This document shows positions 1 to 8,101 of a stretch of DNA of 64,000 nucleotides, piece after piece. The stretch's first letter is position 1; each line of letters opens with the position of its first letter. A program made the position numbers and the translations under genes. Location of the stretch: the NCBI GenBank assembly GCA_022865215.1, contig JALIDP010000001.1, positions 334 through 64,333 of the forward strand, read 5' to 3'. The notes beneath the pieces were generated by a model. That model did not search any database. It was not told where the DNA came from and saw only the letters and a program-made list of their open reading frames with translations. This DNA is from Candidatus Nanohalarchaeota archaeon QJJ-7 (lineage in GTDB: Archaea > Nanohalarchaeota > Nanosalinia > Nanosalinales > Nanohalalkaliarchaeaceae).

Positions 1-194
1 TGGGTAGAAAGCAGGAAGTAAGCAAAGAAGCCTATTTTGAGTTCCATAGGTTACTAGAAATGGTTCTTAAAGAGACAGAGGAAGTAAGGTTTTCCTGGAG
101 AGATGTAGGGATTAATGGAATACAAAAGCAGGAATCAGATTTAATTAGATTCGTTACTAAAGATGATATACTCAAGGCTCTGGAGAAAGGATGA
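1..194 (+). CDS. hypothetical protein, C-terminal part (gene begins left of the window)
   Basis: Frame 3 is open from the window edge to TGA at 192-194 (63 codons, ...KDDILKALEKG*). The segment is AT-rich like the next gene. No recognisable motif. Confidence 0.3.
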   Translation, partial: GRKQEVSKEAYFEFHRLLEMVLKETEEVRFSWRDVGINGIQKQESDLIRFVTKDDILKALEKG

Positions 195-286
195 TGAAAC
201 AAGCTCCAGAAATAAAAGAATAGCGACCTACTTATTTGACGCCCACCGGATTTAATGGTTCAGGCGGATTCCTGGGGGGGCTAAAA

Positions 287-1108
287 ATGTATAAGGAGAA
301 TAATAACATTCCGATAGGCCTATCCAATTTTGTTGGTGTCAAATATGATGTTAAACCTGTTTCCCGATCAGGATACGATCGAAAGGATGAACTTGGACCC
401 CTTAAAAAGTTGTGCGAAAGAGCCTCTATTAATCTGAAAACTGTTAAGACTCCAATTTACGACGTAGATGAGGAAACTAAGCTTGTATACATCAGCAAAG
501 ACCAAGATAAGATAGAAGAAGCTATAAAAGCCGAACATAAGGGAGATAGAAATAGAATTGGAAGTTTACTTGGTTACCCTTCTTGTTGTATTGATAAATT
601 TCAGGAAAAATTAGGAAAAAAGGATCTTCTCAAAGAACTCTGGAAGCAAAAAGGAGAGACGTCTTACCTGATGAACACGCTGTATAATTTTTCAGGGAGG
701 AAAATTCCTGAGAAAGATTCTATAAAAAAACATTTTGCTTCTTCTACCTTCTATCTACCGCATCAGCCTTGTTCTTTAGACTGTAAAAAAAGCCTTAAAA
801 TGGCAAAAGAAATAAGAAACGGTCTAAAAAAGGATTTTCCAGAACAAGAGGGATCAATAAGGAAGAAACTTCAGGGAACATTTCTATATTTTGATGACTT
901 GAACTTCGCTACGTTTACAGGACGGAAAACGGAAAGCGGCATAGCTTATGATGAAGTATTAACCGAACTATCCAATATCGAAGATGAAAAGATTATGAGA
1001 GCAATTGACGAGGGAGATAATATCATTGAAGATGAAGGTCTTCATATACGCAGAGGAAACGATTCAATCCTCAATCAAGAGGACGGCACAACAATATTTT
1101 TCGAATAG
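287..1108 (+). CDS. hypothetical protein with paired cysteine motifs (LGYPSCC ... HQPCSLDC), possibly DUF483-like
   Basis: Long ORF ending in TAG at 1106-1108. ATG at 287 follows a G-rich RBS-like run; the ORF track starts at an alternative TTG at 236. Two Cys pairs (GYPSCC, HQPCSLDCKKS). GC is visibly lower than in downstream DNA. The family name is recalled from the motif only. Confidence 0.55.
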   Translation: MYKENNNIPIGLSNFVGVKYDVKPVSRSGYDRKDELGPLKKLCERASINLKTVKTPIYDVDEETKLVYISKDQDKIEEAIKAEHKGDRNRIGSLLGYPSCCIDKFQEKLGKKDLLKELWKQKGETSYLMNTLYNFSGRKIPEKDSIKKHFASSTFYLPHQPCSLDCKKSLKMAKEIRNGLKKDFPEQEGSIRKKLQGTFLYFDDLNFATFTGRKTESGIAYDEVLTELSNIEDEKIMRAIDEGDNIIEDEGLHIRRGNDSILNQEDGTTIFFE

Positions 1109-1384
1109 GGCCAAGAAGTGACCGGGACTCCCTGCATCTATGAGCTATCGAAGTTCACGCAGTTCGATGTCGAGTAATTTCTCGAGGGCAAGGAGTTGCT
1201 CGAGTTCACCAAATATGACGCGGAAAACGCAGGGAACATCTATTACCAATTAGAGGGGGAAGAAGTCAGAATAGGAGAGATAGACATAGTAATAGCTGGG
1301 GTGGTGAAGCGGATAAATCTTACACTCGTCACCCTCGACCACGACTTCGAGAAGCTATCCAGTTTAGACACAAAATTCTATTAA
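1109..1384 (+). pseudogene. truncated PIN-domain (VapC-like) toxin remnant
   Basis: Translation in the frame of the upstream gene gives ...VTGTPCIYELSKFTQFDVE*FLEGKELLEFTKYDAENAGNIYYQLEGEEVRIGEIDIVIAGVVKRINLTLVTLDHDFEKL. This is typical central and C-terminal PIN sequence (E, IGxxD, LVTxDxDF). The N-terminal part with the first Asp is missing. There is an in-frame TAA at 1175-1177. Confidence 0.55.
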
Positions 1385-1428
1385 CCACAGAACTGGATTA
1401 TAAATATTTCTAGCCCTGTACCCCTCTC

Positions 1429-2193
1429 ATGGAACACCTCCTCTGGATCTTCGGGAGTGTGGTGGCGGTCAGCCTGGTCGCTTTCATCGGTGTGGTAACG
1501 CTCAGCTTTCGGGAGAGCTTCCTCCACCGCCTCGTGTTCGTCCTTGTGAGCTTCGCCGCGGGAGGTCTCTTCGGTGGCGCGTTCATCCATCTACTCCCGA
1601 GGACTGCACAGCAGTTCGGCTTCTCTACTCTGACAGGTGTTTACGTCCTGGGAGGCATAGCCTCGTTCTTCACAATAGACAAGTATATCCACTGGCACCA
1701 TCATCACTTCCGTGAGGAAGAAGAGTGTGAAGAGTGTGCTGAACCGTTATCATACATGATCCTCCTCGGCGATGGTTTCCACAACCTCATAGATGGAATG
1801 GTCATCGCCGCCGCCTATCTTTCCTCTCTTTCTGTCGGAATAGCCACGACGCTCGCGGTGGTACTCCACGAGATCCCGCAGGAGATAGGAGACTTCGGAG
1901 TACTCGTGCACGGCGGGCTCTCTGTCAGGCGCGCCCTGATCTATAACTTCCTCTCCGCCCTGACAGCTGTACTTGGTGCGGTCGTTGTCGTGCTCCTGGC
2001 TACCGGTACCGGGATTACAAGAATCCTGGTTCCGTTCGCCGCGGGCGGATTCATCTACATCGCGGGTACGGACCTACTTCCAGAGTTCAAGGAAGAGACC
2101 GACGTCCAGAAATCTACCATCCAGATGGTAACGTTCCTTCTCGGGATCGGGGTCATGTGGGGGTTGAAACTGGTGGTCCAGACATACCTCTAG
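1429..2193 (+). CDS. ZIP family divalent metal (zinc) transporter
   Basis: Polytopic membrane ORF with a His/Cys-rich loop (HWHHHHFREEEECEECAEP). ZIP signatures GDGFHNLIDGMVIAAAY and LHEIPQEIGDFGVL. A TATA-like ATTATAAATATT lies about 27 nt upstream of the ATG. Confidence 0.85.
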   Translation: MEHLLWIFGSVVAVSLVAFIGVVTLSFRESFLHRLVFVLVSFAAGGLFGGAFIHLLPRTAQQFGFSTLTGVYVLGGIASFFTIDKYIHWHHHHFREEEECEECAEPLSYMILLGDGFHNLIDGMVIAAAYLSSLSVGIATTLAVVLHEIPQEIGDFGVLVHGGLSVRRALIYNFLSALTAVLGAVVVVLLATGTGITRILVPFAAGGFIYIAGTDLLPEFKEETDVQKSTIQMVTFLLGIGVMWGLKLVVQTYL

Positions 2194-2201
2194 AGATTCC
2201 T

Positions 2202-3599
2202 TCAGTGTTGGTGCCCGTGGTCAAGGTGCTCAGGATGCCTTAAGGATGAGAAAGTGCGCTGCACGACCTCGTTCAGCGCTGGGTGTATATGGACAGTTCT
2301 CCGGATATCGTCGACTGTTCCCGATCCAGATTTCATCGCTACAATAACTTCGTGGATGATGCTGGACGCGTTTGGCCCTATAACGTGGAATCCCAGGATT
2401 TCTCCGGAATCATGGTCCGCCAGCACCTTAGCGAACCCGGCCTCCTCCTTCAGCGCAAGGCCCATAGCAGTATCGGCGTAATCGTGCTTTCCGACCAGGT
2501 ACTCTATACCTTCCTCCTTCAGCTCTCCTTCCGTTTTACCAACACCAGCGACCTGCGGAGAGGAGAAGACTGCATGAGGCATCGCAGTGAAATCGGCTTC
2601 GTGCTCGTGCTCAGTCAGCATGTTCACAGTAGCGTACTGTGCCTCGTGGTTCGCTGAGTGCTTGAACATGTAGTTGTCCGCGATGTCACCTAGCGCGTAG
2701 ACCCCTCCCACGTTCGTCTCCAGGTGTTCATCCGTCTTCACAAATCCGTTTTCGTCCGTCTCGATACCTACCTCCTCGACCTTCAGTCTGTCCGAGTTGG
2801 GCTCCCTACCTGCGGCGACGAAAAGCCTGTCTCCCGACACCTCGACCGTTTCACCGCCCTCACTCTCTGCCTCCACTTTGACTGTACTGTCCTCTTCCGA
2901 CACCTCAGAGGCCCTGTAACCTGTATAGACATCGTATTTCTCCGAGAAAATTTCAGTGAACTTCTCCCGCACTTCTTCGTCCTCGTTCCCTAGCATCGTG
3001 TCCGACATCTCGAGGATGGTGATATCGGTTTCCAGAGTTCCGTAGAAGTGGGCAAGCTCCGCCGCTATGTAACCTCCCCCGATGATGACAAGGTGGTCGG
3101 GCTGCTCCTCCGGATTCAACGCGTCTCTGGAGGTCCAGTAATCCACTTCCTCGATACCATCGATAGGAGGTACGATAGGACGGGAACCTGCAGCGATCAG
3201 GATCCTCGGTGCAGTTATCTTCTCTCCACCGACCTCCAGAACCTTCTCGTCGACGAACTTCCCCCTCTCCTGGTAGAGGGTGTGACGGTCCGAGTCTCGG
3301 AGCCCCTGCACTATATTTTCAGACTCTTCTTCCACATGGTCGTTCACCTCTTCCACGATCTCCTGGAACCTGATACCCTCGATATCTGCCTCTATCCCGA
3401 ACTTCCCAGACTCCTGTACAGTCTCTGCCACGTCCGCTCTATGGATAAGCATCTTGGACGGGATGCAACCACGGGTGAGACAGGTCCCTCCTATCGAGTG
3501 ATCGTCCACCACCGCAACGTCCATGCCGCGTTTTACTGCGTTAGAAGCTATCTGGAGGCCTGTACCGGAACCGATAACTATGAGGTCGAACTCCTTCAT
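2202..3599 (-). CDS. class I pyridine nucleotide-disulfide oxidoreductase (dihydrolipoamide dehydrogenase / glutathione-reductase family)
   Basis: N-terminal FAD fold (VIGSGTGL). Redox-active disulfide motif GGTCLTRGCIPSK. Second dinucleotide fold (IIGGGYIAAELA). C-terminal interface motif HIHPALNEVV. The specific substrate cannot be assigned. Confidence 0.8.
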   Translation of the reverse strand: MKEFDLIVIGSGTGLQIASNAVKRGMDVAVVDDHSIGGTCLTRGCIPSKMLIHRADVAETVQESGKFGIEADIEGIRFQEIVEEVNDHVEEESENIVQGLRDSDRHTLYQERGKFVDEKVLEVGGEKITAPRILIAAGSRPIVPPIDGIEEVDYWTSRDALNPEEQPDHLVIIGGGYIAAELAHFYGTLETDITILEMSDTMLGNEDEEVREKFTEIFSEKYDVYTGYRASEVSEEDSTVKVEAESEGGETVEVSGDRLFVAAGREPNSDRLKVEEVGIETDENGFVKTDEHLETNVGGVYALGDIADNYMFKHSANHEAQYATVNMLTEHEHEADFTAMPHAVFSSPQVAGVGKTEGELKEEGIEYLVGKHDYADTAMGLALKEEAGFAKVLADHDSGEILGFHVIGPNASSIIHEVIVAMKSGSGTVDDIRRTVHIHPALNEVVQRTFSSLRHPEHLDHGHQH

Positions 3600-3784
3600 A
3601 CCCTTCCTATTCCTATCTCTTTTTTAATTAGATGACGTCCGAACGTTCGGATTCGATGGTTTTATATGGTGTGGCAGGAAATGATGAGTTGCCATGGACC
3701 CCGACAACGATGAGGACAAAAAGGAAGAAGTAAGGAGCATGCTGGGGGACAGAGCAGCTGACCTCCTGGAAGACGAGGACTGAC

Positions 3785-5203
3785 TCACTCCTTCAGCCAG
3801 ATGGCGCCTTCTCCAGTATCCTCAACTATAAACCCGGCGTCCTCTAGGGTCTGACGTATCTCGTCAGCTTTCCCGTACCTCTCCTCTTCCCTGTACCTCT
3901 CTCTTAGAGTCACAAGGAGGTCTGCAAACAGTCTATCTTCCTCTGATATCTCCGGATCGACATCCACTCCCAGAACCTTGAAAAGATCTATCAACCTGGA
4001 TCTGACCTCTTCTCTCACAGATCCACCTTTCTCCAGTACAGAGTTCACCTCCCCCACAAAGTCCACCAGCACCTGCTTCGCCTTCGCAGTGTTCAGGTCA
4101 TCGTCCATGTACTCCTCGAACCTCTCTTCAAGCCCCTCAACGTCTATATCGGTTTCTTCCCCGCCTTCAACCTTCTCCATCCTCTGGACGGTTTTCCGGA
4201 CCTTTTTCAGCTCCTTCTCTGCCTGTTCCAATCCCTCGAGAGAGAAGTCCATCTCGGAGCGGTAATGAGAAGATATCAGATATAGACGGATGGCGTCCCC
4301 GTCATGCTTCTCCAGCAGTTCGCGGACCGTATAGAAATTACCCTCGGACTTGGACATCTTCTCTCCTTCAACAGTTACAAACTCGTTGTGGAGCCAGTAG
4401 TTAGCCTGTCCAGTTCCACAGCCCGCGAAACTCTGTGCCCGCTCGTTCGGATGGTGCGGGAAGATGTGGTCCTTACCTCCTGTGTGGATGTCGAACAGGT
4501 CTCCGAGGTACTCTTCGGACATCACAGTACATTCGATATGCCATCCCGGGTAACCGACGCTCCAGGGAGACTCCCACTTCATGAGGTGTCCTTCATCGGC
4601 TTCCAGCCAGAGAGCGAAGTCGAACTGGTTCTTCTTGTTCTCGTCCGGCTCCACACGCGACTCTGCCTCCTCTTTCAAATCCTGTAAATCCTTCTTCGCC
4701 ATCTCTCCGTACTCGAACTTTTCTGCGGCCTTCTCGACGTCCATATAGACGTTTCCGTCGACTTCATAGGCGTACCCGTTCTCCACTATCTGTTTCACGT
4801 ACTCGATCATCTCGTGGATGTGTCCAGTCGCTCTCGGCACGATATCCTGCCTCTCCACGTTCAAAGCTGCAGTGTCCTCGAAGTACCGTTCGATCTGTTC
4901 CTCGACCAGTTCCATCGGTTCCAGCCCTAGCTCCTCCGCACGCTTCAGGACCTTGTCCTCCCCCTGGTCCGCGTCGTCCGTCAGGTGTCCCACGTCGGTT
5001 ATATTCTGTACGTGCCTGACAGTGTATCCTTTCCACTCCATGTAACGCCTCAGAGTGTCCCAGGCAACGTAAGCCCGCGCGTTCCCAACGTGAAGATCAT
5101 CGTAGATGGTCTGACCACAGCTGTAGAGCCTTACCTTTCCCTCCTCGATAGGTTCGAACTCTTCCTTCTCTCGTTCCAGAGTGTTGAACAATCTCAGCGT
5201 CAT
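3785..5203 (-). CDS. cysS: cysteinyl-tRNA synthetase
   Basis: HIGH-type motif (LHVGNARAY), KMSKS motif (GEKMSKSEGNF) and WHIEC. The start is set at the ATG at 5203 (MTLRLFNTLE...), preceded by GGAGGT. The longer track ORF (to 5365) would run through a tRNA gene. Confidence 0.9.
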   Translation of the reverse strand: MTLRLFNTLEREKEEFEPIEEGKVRLYSCGQTIYDDLHVGNARAYVAWDTLRRYMEWKGYTVRHVQNITDVGHLTDDADQGEDKVLKRAEELGLEPMELVEEQIERYFEDTAALNVERQDIVPRATGHIHEMIEYVKQIVENGYAYEVDGNVYMDVEKAAEKFEYGEMAKKDLQDLKEEAESRVEPDENKKNQFDFALWLEADEGHLMKWESPWSVGYPGWHIECTVMSEEYLGDLFDIHTGGKDHIFPHHPNERAQSFAGCGTGQANYWLHNEFVTVEGEKMSKSEGNFYTVRELLEKHDGDAIRLYLISSHYRSEMDFSLEGLEQAEKELKKVRKTVQRMEKVEGGEETDIDVEGLEERFEEYMDDDLNTAKAKQVLVDFVGEVNSVLEKGGSVREEVRSRLIDLFKVLGVDVDPEISEEDRLFADLLVTLRERYREEERYGKADEIRQTLEDAGFIVEDTGEGAIWLKE

Positions 5204-5232
5204 GTTACCTCCCTCAGTTTCAAGGAATAAAT

Positions 5233-5387
5233 AGCCGGGGTCGGGATTCGAACCCGAGTAAGCCGCTGTCTGCCGTCCTTCTTCCAGGATCCGAGACGGA
5301 GTCGAGGATGGAACCTGGTGGACCCTTCCAGTGGAAGGGCTTCCTCTACGGCTGCAGGCGGCCACATAACCACTCTGTCACCCCGGC
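5233..5387 (-). tRNA. tRNA-Cys(GCA) with an 84-nt intron at the canonical 37/38 position
   Basis: Folded by hand on the minus strand. Acceptor GCCGGGG/CCCCGGC. 3-bp D stem ACA/TGT. Anticodon stem GCCGC/GCGGC with loop CTGCAG..A (anticodon GCA = 5355-5353). Intron 5351-5268. T arm TCGGG-TTCGAAT-CCCGA. Discriminator U, as expected for Cys. CCA is not encoded. Confidence 0.8.
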
Positions 5388-5429
5388 ACGGAGTGACGGG
5401 TGCGCAGATTGAGCACCGTAAGGTGCGAC

Positions 5430-5444
5430 CTCTGTCACCCCGGC
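5430..5444 (-). repeat. exact 15-nt copy of the tRNA-Cys 5' end (GCCGGGGTGACAGAG), 57 nt upstream of the tRNA copy at 5373-5387
   Basis: Direct comparison of the two 15-mers shows identity. The flanking bases differ on both sides. Confidence 0.9.
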
Positions 5445-5696
5445 CTGCATAGGATAGAATTCCGGAAAACTCGGATATAGAAACGTCTATCGGAGAGAAC
5501 TCAGTTACAACGGGCCGGACAAAAACGTCCACCCTTCATACCACAGTATTCCACGCCGATATTTTAAAAGAGCGACGGTTAATCTTCACGGAAAAACAAA
5601 ACGGCATTATTAGTTCCAAAAGACTCTCTTTCCATGATTTTATGGATATTATAAAAGAATCGATATACGAGAAGATCAGTATAAGAGGTGACCAAG

Positions 5697-5939
5697 ATGA
5701 CAGATCTAGAAGATGAAGATGAACCGATCGAGTTCGAAAATGGACAGAATCCCCCGCCACTGTTCGAGAACGAGGACCACGGCGTGACAGCGTGGGCTGA
5801 AGAAGACAAGAACGGCAACTTCTTCCTCCGGATACGGCTCCCGCTCGGCCTCGGAACCGTCCCGCTGTTCGTCAACGACAGCGGATACGACAACATCCAC
5901 GATGCGTTCAACCGTCTCGTGGAGCATGTCCAGGACTGA
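5697..5939 (+). CDS. small acidic hypothetical protein
   Basis: 80-codon ORF from the ATG at 5697, preceded by AAGAGGTGA. The track begins at GTG 5688. No recognisable motif. A TATA-like ATTATAAAAG lies upstream. Confidence 0.45.
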   Translation: MTDLEDEDEPIEFENGQNPPPLFENEDHGVTAWAEEDKNGNFFLRIRLPLGLGTVPLFVNDSGYDNIHDAFNRLVEHVQD

Positions 5940-5967
5940 AAGGTCGGTATTAGAGGCCTTGTAACAC

Positions 5968-5977
5968 GTTTAAAAGC
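5968..5977 (+). promoter_or_regulatory. TATA box (GTTTAAAAGC) of the SRP RNA gene
   Basis: AT-rich box about 21 nt upstream of the GC-rich RNA. The identical 10-mer sits at the same spacing upstream of tRNA-Val (32792-32801). Confidence 0.6.
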
Positions 5978-5998
5978 TTCCCAGACCAGTTCTCAAGC

Positions 5999-6263
5999 GG
6001 GATAGCCCGGCCGCCTCGGGGACGGCTGTAACCACGAATCCTCGATAGCGGGGGCGAAGCCTCGGGGGCGCGGGACCCTGGCAGGTCGGCCCGTGCCCGG
6101 ACGTCGACCCGCCGTCCTCCGGGGCCTTCCCTGCGGTGAACCGGGTCAGGCCTTGACGGGAGCAGCCCTAAGCCGTGGTGGTAGGCGTTCGGAGGGTCGC
6201 GGCGGCGAGGAAGGGCCCGGATCACTGCCCTGTCAGGACTCCCGCCACCCTGGGCGTTCCCAC
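5999..6263 (+). ncRNA. signal recognition particle RNA (7S / SRP RNA)
   Basis: GC-rich block without credible coding. It contains the conserved SRP helix-5/8 sequence GGTGAACCGGGTCAGGCC..GACGGGAGCAGCC. The 5' GGGATAGC can pair with the 3' GCGTTCCC. A T-run follows. The ends are approximate (+/-5 nt). Confidence 0.85.
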
Positions 6264-6271
6264 TTCTTTTT
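6264..6271 (+). terminator. oligo-T archaeal terminator after the SRP RNA
   Basis: TTCTTTTT lies immediately after the predicted 3' end of the RNA. Confidence 0.5.
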
Positions 6272-6328
6272 ACCTGGATATCGGAAACCGGCTTTAACGG
6301 TAAAAGGGTTCAGACCAAAAACCTAGGC

Positions 6329-6940
6329 ATGATAGAGCTGAGAGGTACATCCCATATAGCCGGAGAAGACCTGGAGAGTATAGGTAGAGAGGTACAGGAT
6401 AAACAGCCTGATGTAGTAGCAATTGAGCTGGACAGAGTCCGTTTAAAAGCCCTGATGAACGATAAACAGGGAAGGAGGCCTGGAAACCCTTTCTTCCTTT
6501 TCCTCAAGTATATCCAGGAACTTTTAGGAAGACGGACAGGTGTCGCTCCCGGATCCGACATGCTGGAAGCCTTCCGGGCTGCTGAAAAGGAAGGTATCGA
6601 TGTCGCACTGATAGACCAGAACATCGCATTTACACTCCAGAAGCTGAAAGATGCCCCTGTCAGGGAGAAGATCAAGTTTGTGGGCTATATCCTTGTCGCT
6701 CCCCTCATAATGCCGGGTATGAATATCGATCTGGAAAATGTTCCTGGAGAGGAACTGGTAGAAGATATGCTTCTAAGGTTCGAGGTCGGTTTCCCCGAGA
6801 TGTATAACGTCCTAGTAAAGGAGAGGAACCAGATAATGGCGGAACGCCTCATCTCTCTAGAGAAGGAGTACGATGAGGTCCTGGCATTCGTGGGGGCGGG
6901 ACATGTCCAGGGGCTGGAAGATATCCTTCACCGCGCATAA
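6329..6940 (+). CDS. TraB/PrgY (pheromone-shutdown-like) family protein
   Basis: N-terminal [12 protein letters not shown] ... DVVAIELD pattern and C-terminal [11 protein letters not shown], both typical of the TraB family. Confidence 0.7.
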   Translation: MIELRGTSHIAGEDLESIGREVQDKQPDVVAIELDRVRLKALMNDKQGRRPGNPFFLFLKYIQELLGRRTGVAPGSDMLEAFRAAEKEGIDVALIDQNIAFTLQKLKDAPVREKIKFVGYILVAPLIMPGMNIDLENVPGEELVEDMLLRFEVGFPEMYNVLVKERNQIMAERLISLEKEYDEVLAFVGAGHVQGLEDILHRA

Positions 6941-6972
6941 TCCTATTAAACTCGGAGAACCAACTCTCCTCT

Positions 6973-7452
6973 ATGACTGAGTTCGAGCGGGAGCTCGTCA
7001 ATGCTTTCAACCGGTACTTCGGGGACAGCAACGAGAAGGGTATAGCTTACCGGAGGAAACAGCACCGGTTCTCCTCGCAGTTTGTCGACATCCTGGTAGA
7101 CTCTATACGTCCGGATTTCTACCTGGCTATAGAGAACAAATCTATAAGCACGAATGCAACGAACAAACTCTACTTCTCCCAGCATTTCTCCGAGAGCAAG
7201 GACGGTCACCAGGTGGACAGGATTTCCGAATTTCTACAGAAATCAGGTAGGAAGGGTTTCCTGGCCGTTGAAGTGAAACGGGGAAGAGGCAAACAGAGGA
7301 AAGCTTTCTTCGTACCCTGGAAGAATCTGGAGTATAGATACAGGGAGGGGGAACCAGGTATAGCTATCGATGAACTGGAAGATTTCATGGAGATAGAACG
7401 TACCTCCGATTATTACGACGTCAGACCTGTCTTCGAAGGTGTTACAGCATGA
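6973..7452 (+). CDS. Hjc-like Holliday-junction-resolvase / restriction-endonuclease-fold protein
   Basis: [10 protein letters not shown] ... VDILVD ... LAIENKS ... GFLAVEVK follows the order of Hjc-type nuclease motifs (ExxL, D, E-x-K). The assignment rests on motif order only. Confidence 0.45.
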   Translation: MTEFERELVNAFNRYFGDSNEKGIAYRRKQHRFSSQFVDILVDSIRPDFYLAIENKSISTNATNKLYFSQHFSESKDGHQVDRISEFLQKSGRKGFLAVEVKRGRGKQRKAFFVPWKNLEYRYREGEPGIAIDELEDFMEIERTSDYYDVRPVFEGVTA

Positions 7453-8063
7453 ACATCACCAGAGAACTCAGGGGCCTCGGGATCTCAATCCTCGGTCTGG
7501 GTTTCGCTTTCGCAGTACTCTTTTTCGGAGACAGCAGTCCGCGCTTCCTTTTGCAACCAGAGTTCCTGCCCGCTCTTGTGGTTGCCACAGGACTAGCGGC
7601 AGCCTCTTTCACACCACACGAGGCCATGCACAGGGTCACTGCCCGTGCACTCAACGCTTACGCGGAGTACAGGATTTGGAAACCAGGAGTGGTCCTCGCA
7701 GTGCTCAGCTCGTTCCTCGGAGTTGTCTTCGCCGCGCCAGGGGGAGTTAAGATGCATACGAAGAGGGGAGAGAGATACGGTTACTGGGCTCCCACCCTAG
7801 ATATAGACCAGACAGGGGTTATCGCCGTAGTCGGACCCCTTATCAACGTGATGATCGCCGTTATACTGGCTTTCCTCGCAGGTTCCTACACCATCATGTT
7901 CCAGGGAACGAACCTCTTAACCGTAGGAAGCAACATTAACGCCTTCCTCGCAGTATCCAACCTCCTTCCGTTCTACCCCATGGACGGGTACAAGGTACTC
8001 AGGTGGAACACCTTCATCTGGGCTGTCGTGATAACCCTCTCGATCCTACTCTTCTTCCTCTGA
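7449..8063 (+). CDS. M50-type (site-2 protease-like) membrane metalloprotease
   Basis: Polytopic membrane ORF with HEAMH (HExxH) in a TM segment and [14 protein letters not shown] (the NxxPxxxxDG motif of the S2P family). Confidence 0.7.
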   Translation: MNITRELRGLGISILGLGFAFAVLFFGDSSPRFLLQPEFLPALVVATGLAAASFTPHEAMHRVTARALNAYAEYRIWKPGVVLAVLSSFLGVVFAAPGGVKMHTKRGERYGYWAPTLDIDQTGVIAVVGPLINVMIAVILAFLAGSYTIMFQGTNLLTVGSNINAFLAVSNLLPFYPMDGYKVLRWNTFIWAVVITLSILLFFL

Positions 8064-8101
8064 AAGACAGGAAACTTAAACAAGGAGACGAATTATTGAC
8101 C

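Noticed and set aside
3694-3783. 29-codon acidic mini-ORF (MDPDNDEDKKEEVRSMLGDRAADLLEDED) between the oxidoreductase and cysS.
   Set aside because: It is too short and low-complexity to support without conservation or expression data. I noted only the nearby TATA-like box.
5200-5532. N-terminal extension of cysS (track ORF to 5365) and the 110-aa minus-strand ORF at 5200-5532.
   Set aside because: Both run through the tRNA-Cys gene and its upstream duplication. The MTLRLFNT start at 5203 has an SD-like GGAGGT and matches the usual CysRS N-terminus.
5950-6326. ORFs at 5950-6225 (minus strand) and 6093-6326 (plus strand), rich in Arg/Gly/Pro.
   Set aside because: They overlap the SRP RNA. Their GC-rich, RGP-rich translations are typical of spurious ORFs over structured RNA.
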